A DNA stretch of 64,000 bases from an uncultured Armatimonadetes bacterium (GTDB lineage Bacteria > Armatimonadota > Hebobacteria > Hebobacterales > Hebobacteraceae). Position numbers and translations under genes: made by a program. The stretch spans positions 1,696,001 through 1,760,000 of the forward strand of contig OY970296.1 of NCBI GenBank assembly GCA_963716175.1, given 5' to 3'. The notes beneath the pieces were generated by a model. It saw only the letters and a program-made list of their open reading frames with translations. It was not told where the DNA came from and made no database searches. How positions within the stretch are numbered: the first letter of the stretch is position 1; each line of letters begins with the position of its first letter. Below are positions 49,148-58,090 of the stretch, piece after piece.

Positions 49148-49855
49148 ATGGCCATGAGGGTGCTAGCGTTCGGGGCCCATCCCGATGATAGCGTGCTGCT
49201 GTGCGGGGGAACCCTGGCCAAGTATGCGCGGGCGGGTGATCAGGTATTCATGGCGGTGCTGTGCAATGGCGACTGCCTGCGTGGGGAGCTGCCGGGCGAG
49301 GAAGCCTCCCGCGTGCTGCGCCAGGAGCTGGACGAATCCGCGCGCGTGATCGGGGCTACCACCTACCTGATGGGCAGTCCCGACCTGGAGCTGGAAGACA
49401 ACCCGGCGACCCGCTCTTGGGTGATCCAACTCCTCCGCGAGGTGGATCCCTCCGTGGTTCTCACGCACGATCCGGGCGACTACACGGCTGACCATCGCGT
49501 CACCACCGCGGTGGTAGATAGGTGCGTAATGGCTGCGGGCGAACCCAAGATCAAGACTGGCGCGCCGCCGCGCACCACCCCGGTGCTGGTTCTCTACATG
49601 GAGACGATGAGCGGACTCGGGTTCGCGCCGGAGGAGTTCGTTGACATCACCGAGGTCTTCTCCACCAAGCGCGAGATGATGCAATGCCACAAGAGCTTCG
49701 TACTCCCCTTTCAGGGACACCCGGTGCTGGATATCATGGAGTGGATAGAAACGAGCGCTCGCTTTCGGGGGATCCAGGCCGGCGTAAGATATGCGGAGGC
49801 GTTCCGCCGGGCGCCGCAGTGGGCGCGCATGGAGACGCAGCGCTGGCTGCCATAG
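49148..49855 (+). CDS. PIG-L/LmbE family deacetylase
   Basis: AHPDD..L.CGGTLA, THD..DY..DH, VDIT...K...H.S and RG...G..YAEAF motifs. Confidence 0.88.
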   Translation: MAMRVLAFGAHPDDSVLLCGGTLAKYARAGDQVFMAVLCNGDCLRGELPGEEASRVLRQELDESARVIGATTYLMGSPDLELEDNPATRSWVIQLLREVDPSVVLTHDPGDYTADHRVTTAVVDRCVMAAGEPKIKTGAPPRTTPVLVLYMETMSGLGFAPEEFVDITEVFSTKREMMQCHKSFVLPFQGHPVLDIMEWIETSARFRGIQAGVRYAEAFRRAPQWARMETQRWLP

Positions 49856-49887
49856 CATAGTGAGTTCCGACCGGTGAGGAGGAGAGT

Positions 49888-50139
49888 GTGTCCGAGCAGT
49901 TGAGCCAACCACAGGTCTGCGAGACCTGTGGCGCCACCACTACCGGGATGGGGCATCTGTGTCGTGCCTTCAGCCCGGTGAAGCCGTATGTTTGCGAGTA
50001 CTGCGGCGCGGAGACGGACGATCCGCGCCATATGTGCTATCCTCAGGTCGAGCATCTGAAGTATCAGTGCGTGCACTGCGGCCGCCTGGCGGCCAGGAGC
50101 GGCGCGCTCTGTCATCCCAAGCGGATCAGCGGCACATGA
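49888..50139 (+). CDS. Small Cys/His-rich protein with three CxxCG-x6-7-(H)xC repeats (putative zinc fingers)
   Basis: RBS gaggaggag; CETCG..GHLC, CEYCG..RHMC, CVHCG..ALC.P; stop overlaps the next ATG. Confidence 0.75.
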   Translation: MSEQLSQPQVCETCGATTTGMGHLCRAFSPVKPYVCEYCGAETDDPRHMCYPQVEHLKYQCVHCGRLAARSGALCHPKRISGT

Positions 50140-51182
50140 GCAAACACAACCCGCTGCCGACCCGCCGGCTGGGCAAGACCAACCTGATGGTCACCGCGAT
50201 CGGCTTCGGTGGGATACCGATCCAGATTGTGAGTGAAGAGGTGGCGGTGGCCACCGTGCGCCGCGCCTATGACCTCGGGGTCAACTTCTTCGACACCGCC
50301 CGCGGCTACAGCAACTCCGAGGAACGGATCGGGAAGGCGCTGGCGGGCCGCCAGTACCTGGTGGCCTCCAAGTCCAGCGCCGGCGATGCCGACACCGCCT
50401 ACCAGCATATCTGCACCTCGTTGGCCAATCTTCAGCGGGACCGGATAGAACTCTACCAGCTGCATGGCGTCAACGATGATCACGAGCTGTCCAAGCGGGC
50501 CGCGCCCGGGGGCGCGCTGGAGGGCCTGCGCAAGGCCAAGGCGGAGGGCAAGATCGCTCATATCGGAATCACCGGGCACCGCCCGGAGACTCTGATGAAG
50601 GCGGTGGATAGCTACCAGGATTTCGCCACGGTGCAAGTGCCGTTCAACCTGGTGGAGAGCGAGATCCTGGATACGCTGATCCCGCTCTGCCAGGCGCGGG
50701 ACGTGGGCGTGATCGCGATGAAGCCGGTGGGCGGAGGCAACTTCAGCAAGGCGGCGCTGGCGGTCAAGTGGTGCGTGAACCAGCCCATCGCCGTGGCCAT
50801 CCCGGGGATGGCCACTCCGGCCGAGGCGGAGGAGGATGTTGGGGCGATCTCAGGTGGGCTGGAGCTGACGCCGGCCGAGCGGGCCGAGTGCGAGCAGATG
50901 AAGGCCGAGCTGGACCAGCGCACCTGTCGGCGCTGCCGCTACTGCGAGCCCTGCCCCAACCAGGTCGAGATCGGCATGCTGCTGCATGGCCGGAGCGTGG
51001 TGCGGCGCATGGGAGCGGCGCGGTATAAGGAATGGGGGGCGGCGAGGTTCATCGCCAGCGCGGCGCGGTGCGAGGAATGCGGGGTCTGCATCACCAAGTG
51101 CCCCTATCATCTGCCCGTCCCCGAGCTGATCCGGGAGGTCGTGGCCTACTACCGGACGATTCCGGAGCTGAGCGAGGAGTAA
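50136..51182 (+). CDS. Aldo/keto reductase with C-terminal 4Fe-4S dicluster
   Basis: RRLGKT...IGFGG.PI, FDTA..Y..SE, YQLH, MKP.GGG; CxxCxxCxPCP and CxxCxxCxxxCP. Confidence 0.92.
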   Translation: MSKHNPLPTRRLGKTNLMVTAIGFGGIPIQIVSEEVAVATVRRAYDLGVNFFDTARGYSNSEERIGKALAGRQYLVASKSSAGDADTAYQHICTSLANLQRDRIELYQLHGVNDDHELSKRAAPGGALEGLRKAKAEGKIAHIGITGHRPETLMKAVDSYQDFATVQVPFNLVESEILDTLIPLCQARDVGVIAMKPVGGGNFSKAALAVKWCVNQPIAVAIPGMATPAEAEEDVGAISGGLELTPAERAECEQMKAELDQRTCRRCRYCEPCPNQVEIGMLLHGRSVVRRMGAARYKEWGAARFIASAARCEECGVCITKCPYHLPVPELIREVVAYYRTIPELSEE

Positions 51183-51337
51183 GACGCCGGCGCGGTTGCC
51201 TCGCTGTTCGCGGCTCCGCTTGAGGTGACGGTGACGTGAGTTCCCGGTTGCCGTCGCTCTCCGGGGCCCAGATCCTGGCAGCGTTGCGGAGAGCGGGATT
51301 CGCGGACGCGCCTCGTCGAGGAGAAGATGAGACGGAC

Positions 51338-51393
51338 GGCGGGCATGCCCTTCGGGTACGCTCAGGGTAAACTCCGACATGCCCGCCCTACAG
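51338..51393 (-). repeat. GTAG-type REP-like element with internal insert
   Basis: ggcgggcatg-cccttcgggtacgctcagggtaaactccg-acatgcccgccctacag. Confidence 0.65.
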
Positions 51394-51403
51394 CTAGAGA
51401 CAA

Positions 51404-51883
51404 CTAGGGCGACAACCTCAGCACCAGCTCCGCCACTCGTCGGCCCAGCTTCTGGCATTCCTTGCGGGACCGCTCGTCGGGCGCGCCGACGGCGATGGGG
51501 CCGTAGTGATCTCCGCCGGAATCGCCCTGCACGATCATGCCGTGCACCAACTGGGCCTTGATGATGTCCAGCACCGTGGTCTCGTTGCCGCCCCCGGGCC
51601 CGCCGGAGGAGGCAAAGGCCCCGCCCACCTTGCCCACCAGCTTGCCGTGGTGCTTCACGCTCTGGTCAATGAGGCTCTTCAGCTCGGCCGCCATGGTGCC
51701 GTAGTACACCGGGGAGCCCATGATGATGGCATCCGGTTTCAGCAAGTCATCCGGGGACAGCTCCTCCACCGGCTTCACCTCCACCTCCGCCCCCTTGACC
51801 TGCTTGGCGCCAGCCGCCACCGCCTGCGCCATCTGCTCGGTGTTGCCGGAGCGGCTGTAGTAAGTGATCAGGACCTTTGGCAT
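51404..51883 (-). CDS. Flavodoxin / WrbA-like NAD(P)H-dependent oxidoreductase
   Basis: YYSRSGNT..MA..V..G, GSP.Y.G, GKVG.AF.S.G..GGG.E motifs. Confidence 0.9.
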   Translation of the reverse strand: MPKVLITYYSRSGNTEQMAQAVAAGAKQVKGAEVEVKPVEELSPDDLLKPDAIIMGSPVYYGTMAAELKSLIDQSVKHHGKLVGKVGGAFASSGGPGGGNETTVLDIIKAQLVHGMIVQGDSGGDHYGPIAVGAPDERSRKECQKLGRRVAELVLRLSP

Positions 51884-52034
51884 GTTGGGCCTCCTTCCCT
51901 GTCAATCTGCGCGCTGGCTTCAGTTAGGCGCGCGGCACGCAGGTCCTTTCGCTGCCAGGGCCCTGCGTGTGCGCACAGGGATTGCCGCTGTCCCCGCCGA
52001 ATCACGCGCGATCTCACGCGGAGGGATTTCAGCG

Positions 52035-52682
52035 GTGGGTGACCTTTGCTTGCGAGACCAGCAGAAAGCTCTCTTCATCGGTGACAGCATCACCGACTGC
52101 GGCCGGCGGGATGAGAACGCGCCCTTTGGCGATGGCTACTTCAGCATGCTGCGCGGCCTGATCATGGGCCGCTGGCCCGAGCGAGACATCGCCTGGGTCA
52201 ACAAGGGGATCGGTGGCCACACCATCCTTGACCTGCAGGATCGCTGGGAGGAAGACGTGATCCGGGAGGCCCCCGACTGGCTGGGCGTGAAGATCGGGAT
52301 CAACGACCTGCACCAGTTCCTGCAAGGCGCCGAGCGCAGCGTGTCTCCGGCGCGGTTCCGGCAGGCCTACGACGAGATCCTCACGGGCGCCTCCAGCAAG
52401 ATCAGGCCAGACCTGATCTTGATCACGCCGTTCTACATCAGCCCGGACCGGTCCCAGCAGTCGGACCAGGGCAAGGTGCTGAGGCTGCTCCCCGAATACC
52501 TGATGGTGGTGGAGGAGATGGCGGCCAAGTTCGGCGCGCGGTTGGTGCGGCTTCAGCCGATGTTCGAGCGCCAGCTCCGCTATCGCCCGCCCGACACCTT
52601 CTGCCCGGAGCCGGTGCACCCGAACCACACCGGCCACCTGCTCATCGCCCAGGAGGTGCTGCGGGTGCTGTGCGAGGAGTGA
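52035..52682 (+). CDS. SGNH/GDSL hydrolase
   Basis: FIGDSITD, NKGIGG, IGIND and VHPN..GH motifs. Confidence 0.9.
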   Translation: MGDLCLRDQQKALFIGDSITDCGRRDENAPFGDGYFSMLRGLIMGRWPERDIAWVNKGIGGHTILDLQDRWEEDVIREAPDWLGVKIGINDLHQFLQGAERSVSPARFRQAYDEILTGASSKIRPDLILITPFYISPDRSQQSDQGKVLRLLPEYLMVVEEMAAKFGARLVRLQPMFERQLRYRPPDTFCPEPVHPNHTGHLLIAQEVLRVLCEE

Positions 52683-52730
52683 TGGCGGAGGTTCGGAGAC
52701 GACGGCCAGCCAGCCGGAGTAGGCCGGCCG

Positions 52731-53393
52731 TTAGCTGAGCACCCCTTTGTGCTCTTCGAACAGGGGGCTGGCGTCGAGGTAGATGCGGATCAGGTTCATG
52801 ATCTGGGCGTAGGTGGGGAAGAACCGCGAGAGCTTCTCGAAGATCTCGGCTTCGGCGAGTTCGGTCTCCCGCCCAATCTCGGCGGCGCGATGGTAGGCCC
52901 GGCGGCCGGCCTCCTGGTAGTACTCGCCCGGGTCGCGGAAGGGCACCAGCAGGTCTCCGAGCTGCACCATCACCGAGTCCTTGCGCCGCCAGTCTCGCCG
53001 GACCCGCTCCAGGCTCTCCGGGAAGAGGCCTACGATGAAGAGGGTGTAGTCACCGATGTGCCGCTGCACGGAGAGCGCCCGCAGCTCCGGCGACACCCCG
53101 GTGCCCTGGCCAGAGATCAGCATCTCGGCGACGTCGGCCAGGGCCCGGCCTCGCGCGTCTCTGATCCGATAAAGCTGGTCCACATGCAGGAAGCGAGTGA
53201 GCACCTGCTCTGAGAGGTACCAGCGGAGCCGCGCGTCGCGGGCCTCCGGGGCCGGGAACTCGCCATGGTGAAAGGCCCAACCGGCCGCTTCCCGGAAGAG
53301 CACTCGCAACGGATGCTGCTCAGGTATCTCTCGACCCACGAGACTCAGCCCTCTTTCGCGCCGAGCAGGACGGGTGGCCCCCGCCCTGCTCAA
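52731..53393 (-). CDS. Conserved hypothetical protein
   Basis: YRI.DA.GR.L.DV.EML, RHIGDYTLF..GLFPE and Y...G..AY motifs; RBS aggagg absent but co-oriented downstream of sigH. Confidence 0.7.
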   Translation of the reverse strand: MSRAGATRPARRERGLSLVGREIPEQHPLRVLFREAAGWAFHHGEFPAPEARDARLRWYLSEQVLTRFLHVDQLYRIRDARGRALADVAEMLISGQGTGVSPELRALSVQRHIGDYTLFIVGLFPESLERVRRDWRRKDSVMVQLGDLLVPFRDPGEYYQEAGRRAYHRAAEIGRETELAEAEIFEKLSRFFPTYAQIMNLIRIYLDASPLFEEHKGVLS

Positions 53394-53465
53394 CTCTCCA
53401 ACTAGGAGACACGCCGCAGACTCTGGCTGCGTCTCCGGCCTGTCCCCCGATCCATCCTCCTCCCG

Positions 53466-54116
53466 TCAGGCTGCGGCCATCAGCTTGCGGATGCTCTTGC
53501 CGATCTTGCGTTTCGCCCGCTGGAGGGCGTTGTCAATGGACTTCACCCGCCGGCGCAGTTCCTGCGCGATTTCCTGATAGGACTTGCCCTCCAGGTGGCC
53601 GCGCAGCACGGCCGACTCCAGGTCGCTGAGGTCGCGCTTGATGCGATGGCGCAGATCGTCCGAGAACTGCTGGGTGATCACCAGGTGCTCGGGATCCTGC
53701 TTGTCGGACTCGGCGAGGGTGTCGAGCAGAGTGCGGTCGGAATCAGATTCGAAGAGGCTGGCGTGCAGAGAAACGTAGGAGTTGAGCGGGATGTGCTTCT
53801 GCCGGGTGGCGGCCTTGATGGCGGTGAAGATCTGGCGGCTGATGCAGAGCTCGGCGAAGGCGCGAAACGGGAGCAGCTTATCGTTGCGGAAATCCCGGAT
53901 GGCTTTGAACAGGCCGATCATGCCTTCCTGCACAATGTCTTCGTGATCGGCTCCGATAAGGAAGTAAGAACGGGCTTTGCCCTCGACGATGCTTCGGTAC
54001 TTGGTCAGCAGATGCTCGGTGGCCCTGAGGCTGCCGCCTTTGGCGTATCTCACCACCTCTTCGTCCAGCATGCCATGAAAGCTCATGGACATGTCCCGCG
54101 TGCCAGTATCAGGCAT
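53466..54116 (-). CDS. sigH: RNA polymerase sigma factor SigH (Firmicutes sigma-H type)
   Basis: KARSYFLIGAD.EDIVQEGMIGLFKAIRDF, FAELCI.RQI.TAIK.ATRQKHIPLNSYVSL, SYQEIA, KSIDNALQR.K.K. Confidence 0.93.
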   Translation of the reverse strand: MPDTGTRDMSMSFHGMLDEEVVRYAKGGSLRATEHLLTKYRSIVEGKARSYFLIGADHEDIVQEGMIGLFKAIRDFRNDKLLPFRAFAELCISRQIFTAIKAATRQKHIPLNSYVSLHASLFESDSDRTLLDTLAESDKQDPEHLVITQQFSDDLRHRIKRDLSDLESAVLRGHLEGKSYQEIAQELRRRVKSIDNALQRAKRKIGKSIRKLMAAA

Positions 54117-54284
54117 AGCGCCGCCTCCGTTGATAGTCGAACCACTGATGGACTAGAGACCGGAAGAGGATACTTCGCGTCATTGGCAACCGATAGGCGC
54201 GGCCTCCTGTTGAGGTAGTTTCCGGCAAACTACGCTATTCAGCATATGACCGGGCCGGCGTCTTCACTGGCCCGGACACAGGCT

Positions 54285-54313
54285 ATTATAGGGGAAGCCC
54301 GTAGGCTCGTCAA
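54285..54313 (-). promoter_or_regulatory. Near-consensus sigma70 promoter upstream of sigH
   Basis: TTGACG-17 bp-TATAAT. Confidence 0.75.
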
Positions 54314-54439
54314 TAGCCCGCGCCGGGGGCCATCTGTGAAGAAAGTGTGCAAATCTCAACACTTTTTTCGCATTCTCTGCGACGGGCTGCGTATCGGGGC
54401 AGGAGGCAAGCTCCTGCCCAACCGAGACGGCCGGCGGGG

Positions 54440-55888
54440 TCAGGTGCGGCGCCAGGTGGTGCCCTCCGGCCGGTCCTCCAAAGCAACGCCCAGCTCCGAC
54501 AGGCGGGCCCTCACCTCGTCCGCGAGCCCGTATTGCCCCAGCAGCCTGGCCTGATGGCGGAACTGGATCAACAGCTCGACCAGCCGCTCGGCCAGGCCCC
54601 GCTCCACTGGGCGCGGCTCCAGGCTGAGCCCCAGCGTGCCGCTGAGCGTGGCCAGCGTCTCCCGGGCGTGGCGCAGGGCCTCCCGGCTCTGCTCGGAGAT
54701 AGCGAAGCTGGCCCCCGCCCTCGCCCCCACCTGGTTCACCACCCCTACCAGGCCGTGGAGTGAGGCGAGGGCGCGGGAGGTGGAGAAATCATCGTCCATC
54801 GCCTCCTCGAAGTCGCCCTGGGTGCGGTCGCTGGCTTCTGCTATCTCCGGCAGGTCAGCGCCAGTGGGCCTGGTAGCAGCCGCGAGCAGCCGATCCAGCG
54901 TCTGCTGGCCGATGCGCAGGCGCTCCAGGGCGTGCTCGGCCTGCTCCAGTTCGATGTCCCGGAAGAGAATATCGCTGCGGTAGTGGGCGGCGATGCAGTA
55001 GTACCGCAGGCCCGGCCCGCCGACCCGGGCCAGGGCCTCTCTCAGGGGCACCACGTTGCCCAGGGACTTGCTCATCTTGTCCCCTTCCGCGGGCCCCCCG
55101 CGGGGCATCTGCAGCAGCCCATTGTGCATCCAGATGCGGGCGAAAGGCGTTCCGCAGGCCTCCGACTGGGCGATCTCGTTCTCGTGGTGGGGGAAGATCA
55201 GGTCCGATCCGCCCCCATGGATGTCGAAGCTCTCCCCCAGGTACTTGCCGCTCATGGCCGAGCACTCGATATGCCAGCCAGGTCGGCCTGCCCCCCAGGG
55301 GCTCTCCCAACTGGGCTCCCCTGGCTTCGCCGCCTTCCACAGGAAGAAATCCCTGGCGTCGCGCTTGCGCACGTCCTCCTCCACGCGAGCCCCCGTGATC
55401 TGGGAATCCAGGTCCCGCCGGGAGAGCCGACCGTACAGGCTGAAGCTGGGGACGTGGAAGGCGACATCGCCGTTGATCTGATAGGCGTGGCCGGAATCCA
55501 CGAGGTGCTGCACCAGGGCAATGATCTCGGGGATGTGCTCGCTCGCCCTGGGCATGTAGGTGGGAAGCAGCACGTCGAGCTGATGCAGCTCGGCCAGGTA
55601 GCTCGCGGTATAGCGGCTGGCCACCTGGTCCCAGGTGGCGCGCTCCCGCTGGGCGGCGGCGAAGATCTTGTCCTCGACATCGGTGATGTTGTAGACATAG
55701 GTGACCCGGTAGCCGCGATGCATGAGCCAGCGGCGGACCACGTCGAAAGCGACCGCCGAGCGCCCGTGGCCGATGTGGGCGGGAGCGTAGGGCGTGACCC
55801 CGCAGACATACATGGCGACCTCGCCCGGCTGGCGCGGGATGAAGTCTTCCTTCTGGTGGGTCAGTGTGTTGTAGATTTGGAGGGGCAT
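54440..55888 (-). CDS. cysS: Cysteine--tRNA ligase
   Basis: YVCG.T.Y..AHIGH, DF.LWK, GRPGWHIECSAM, DIHGGG.DL.FPHHENE and KMSKS motifs. Confidence 0.97.
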   Translation of the reverse strand: MPLQIYNTLTHQKEDFIPRQPGEVAMYVCGVTPYAPAHIGHGRSAVAFDVVRRWLMHRGYRVTYVYNITDVEDKIFAAAQRERATWDQVASRYTASYLAELHQLDVLLPTYMPRASEHIPEIIALVQHLVDSGHAYQINGDVAFHVPSFSLYGRLSRRDLDSQITGARVEEDVRKRDARDFFLWKAAKPGEPSWESPWGAGRPGWHIECSAMSGKYLGESFDIHGGGSDLIFPHHENEIAQSEACGTPFARIWMHNGLLQMPRGGPAEGDKMSKSLGNVVPLREALARVGGPGLRYYCIAAHYRSDILFRDIELEQAEHALERLRIGQQTLDRLLAAATRPTGADLPEIAEASDRTQGDFEEAMDDDFSTSRALASLHGLVGVVNQVGARAGASFAISEQSREALRHARETLATLSGTLGLSLEPRPVERGLAERLVELLIQFRHQARLLGQYGLADEVRARLSELGVALEDRPEGTTWRRT

Positions 55889-55961
55889 GGCGTGGCTCCT
55901 GAACCACAGAACCGCCGGCGGCATGGCCGTCCTACATCGGCCGGCGGGCCTGCCGGCGGGT

Positions 55962-56651
55962 CTACAGTTGCGAACGATCTGAGGCCGGACTGGTTACCGC
56001 CTCTGGGGCCCGGCTCTCCAGGAGTTCGGCGAGCCGGCGCTCCAACTGCTCGAAGCGGGCGTTCAACTCCCGCATGCACTGCTCGCAGGGGTCGGCGGGC
56101 GTGCCGCCGGAGATGGCCTGAGCGGGCCGCGGCCGGCCCCGCTCGCGCACCACTTTGGCGGGTACGCCCACGGCGGTGCAGTCGGGAGGCACGGGCCGCA
56201 GCACCACCGCCCCCGCCCCGATCAGGGAGTTATCCCCAATGGTGATGGAGCCCAGCACGATGGCGCCGACTCCCACCACTACGTTGTTGCCAAGGGTGGG
56301 ATGGCGCTTGCCCTCTTCCTTTCCGGTGCCCCCCAGGGTGACGCCCTGGTAGAGAGTGCAATTGTCCCCGATCTCGGTGGTCTCGCCGATCACGCTGCCC
56401 ATGCCGTGGTCTATGAACAGGCCGTGGCCGATGCTGGCGCCGGGATGGATCTCGATGCCAGTGAGGAAGCGATTGACTTCGGAGAGCAAGCGCGCGGTAA
56501 GCCGCAGGCGATGCTGCCAGAGCCAGTGGGCGAGGCGATGCAGCAGCAGAGCGTGCAGTCCCGGGTAGAGGAAGAGCACCTCGATCTTGCTGCGGGCCGC
56601 GGGGTCCCGCGCCAGCGCCGCCCGTATGTCTTCTCGCACTCGTTGAAACAC
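55962..56651 (-). CDS. cysE: Serine O-acetyltransferase
   Basis: [32 protein letters not shown] and TLGGTG...KRHPT motifs. Confidence 0.95.
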   Translation of the reverse strand: MFQRVREDIRAALARDPAARSKIEVLFLYPGLHALLLHRLAHWLWQHRLRLTARLLSEVNRFLTGIEIHPGASIGHGLFIDHGMGSVIGETTEIGDNCTLYQGVTLGGTGKEEGKRHPTLGNNVVVGVGAIVLGSITIGDNSLIGAGAVVLRPVPPDCTAVGVPAKVVRERGRPRPAQAISGGTPADPCEQCMRELNARFEQLERRLAELLESRAPEAVTSPASDRSQL

Positions 56652-56704
56652 TGGGCCTCCTGGAGACTGCTCGCAGAGGACGGGTATCGCTGCCCGACAG
56701 TGTC

Positions 56705-56734
56705 AGTATATCGGCGGGCCCGCGAGGGTGTCAA
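56705..56734 (-). promoter_or_regulatory. Sigma70 promoter of cysE-cysS
   Basis: TTGACA-18 bp-TATACT. Confidence 0.6.
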
Positions 56735-56809
56735 GGCAGCGGCCCCTTGGGCTGGGAAGGACCTAGCCGAAAGCCGCCGAAGTTGCTATGTTCCGGGCAA
56801 CGGTGAACC

Positions 56810-58090
56810 ATGGCGCCTAGGTACAAGGCCCCCCGCGGTACACAGGACGTCCTTCCACAGGTGTCGTGGCGCTGGCAGCGCGTCGAGGCGGCGTTCCGCG
56901 AGATCTGCCGGCGCTACGGCTACCAGGAGATTCGCACCCCCATGTTCGAGGAGACGGAGCTGTTCGAGCGGGGCACCGGCGAGACCACAGAGATCGTCAG
57001 CAAGCAGATGTACACATTTGAGGACCGAGGAGGACGCAGCCTGACGCTGCGCCCGGAGGGCACTCCCTCCGTGGTCCGGGCCTACCTTGAACACAACCTG
57101 GGCGCGGCCGGCGGAACTCAGAAGTTCTGCTATATCGCAGCCATCTTCCGCTATGAGCGCCCGCAGGCGGGCCGCTTTCGCCAGCACCAGCAGCTTGGCG
57201 TGGAGGCGATCGGCGCGCCCGGGCCGGACATTGACGCGGAGGTGATCGCGCTCTATCACGCCTTTCTGAAGGAGATCGGCCTGGAGGGCGGAGTCACGCA
57301 TATCAGCAGCATCGGGTGCCCGGCCTGCCGGCCCGGCTTCCAGCAGGCCCTGCGCGAGTTTTTCGCTCCGATGGTGCCGCGCATGTGCGATTTCTGCCAG
57401 GCGCGGTATCAGAGCAACCCGCTGCGGATGCTCGACTGCAAGGTGCCGGAGGACATGGCGCTGCGCGAGGGCGCGCCCAGCGCGCTCGACCACCTGTGCG
57501 GGGAGTGCCGAGAGCACTTCGGCGGAGTGCGTGCGGCGCTGGCCGCGCTCGCCATCCCCTACCAGGTGGATCCGACTATCGTGCGAGGCCTGGACTATTA
57601 CACCCGCACCGCCTTCGAGGTGGTGCACCCGGCGCTGGGGGCGAAGGATGTGATCATGGGGGGCGGCCGCTACGACGGGCTGGCGGAGATGCTGGGCGGG
57701 CCGCCCACGCCGGGGATCGGGTTCGGGTCAGGGATGGAGCGGCTGCTGATGGTGCTGGGAGAGGGTGGCGCGGCTTCCCAACCTGCGCTGGACATCTACG
57801 TCGCCGCGGCCGGGCCGGAGGCGCGCCAGCCGGCGCTGACACTGGCAACCGAGCTGCGCCGGGCCGGCCTGGCGGCGGACCTGGACTTCACCGGCCGCAG
57901 CCTGCGGGCGCAGATGCGGGAGGCGGCGCGGGCGGGGGCGCGGTTTGCCGCGCTGCTGGGAGAAGAAGAACTGGCGGCCGGCGGTGTGACCTTGCGAGAC
58001 ATGGAGAGCGGCGAGCAGGAGACAGTGCCCCGGGCGCAGGCAGCACAGCGCCTGGCGGATCGCCGTTCCCAGCGCAAGGACGCGCCATGA
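56810..58090 (+). CDS. hisS: Histidine--tRNA ligase
   Basis: [31 protein letters not shown] and GGRYDGL motifs. Confidence 0.97.
   Translation: MAPRYKAPRGTQDVLPQVSWRWQRVEAAFREICRRYGYQEIRTPMFEETELFERGTGETTEIVSKQMYTFEDRGGRSLTLRPEGTPSVVRAYLEHNLGAAGGTQKFCYIAAIFRYERPQAGRFRQHQQLGVEAIGAPGPDIDAEVIALYHAFLKEIGLEGGVTHISSIGCPACRPGFQQALREFFAPMVPRMCDFCQARYQSNPLRMLDCKVPEDMALREGAPSALDHLCGECREHFGGVRAALAALAIPYQVDPTIVRGLDYYTRTAFEVVHPALGAKDVIMGGGRYDGLAEMLGGPPTPGIGFGSGMERLLMVLGEGGAASQPALDIYVAAAGPEARQPALTLATELRRAGLAADLDFTGRSLRAQMREAARAGARFAALLGEEELAAGGVTLRDMESGEQETVPRAQAAQRLADRRSQRKDAP

Noticed and set aside
57316-58086. Apparent 257-aa N-terminal extension of AspS
   Set aside because: Alternate frame of hisS; the true start is ATG 58087, overlapping the hisS stop
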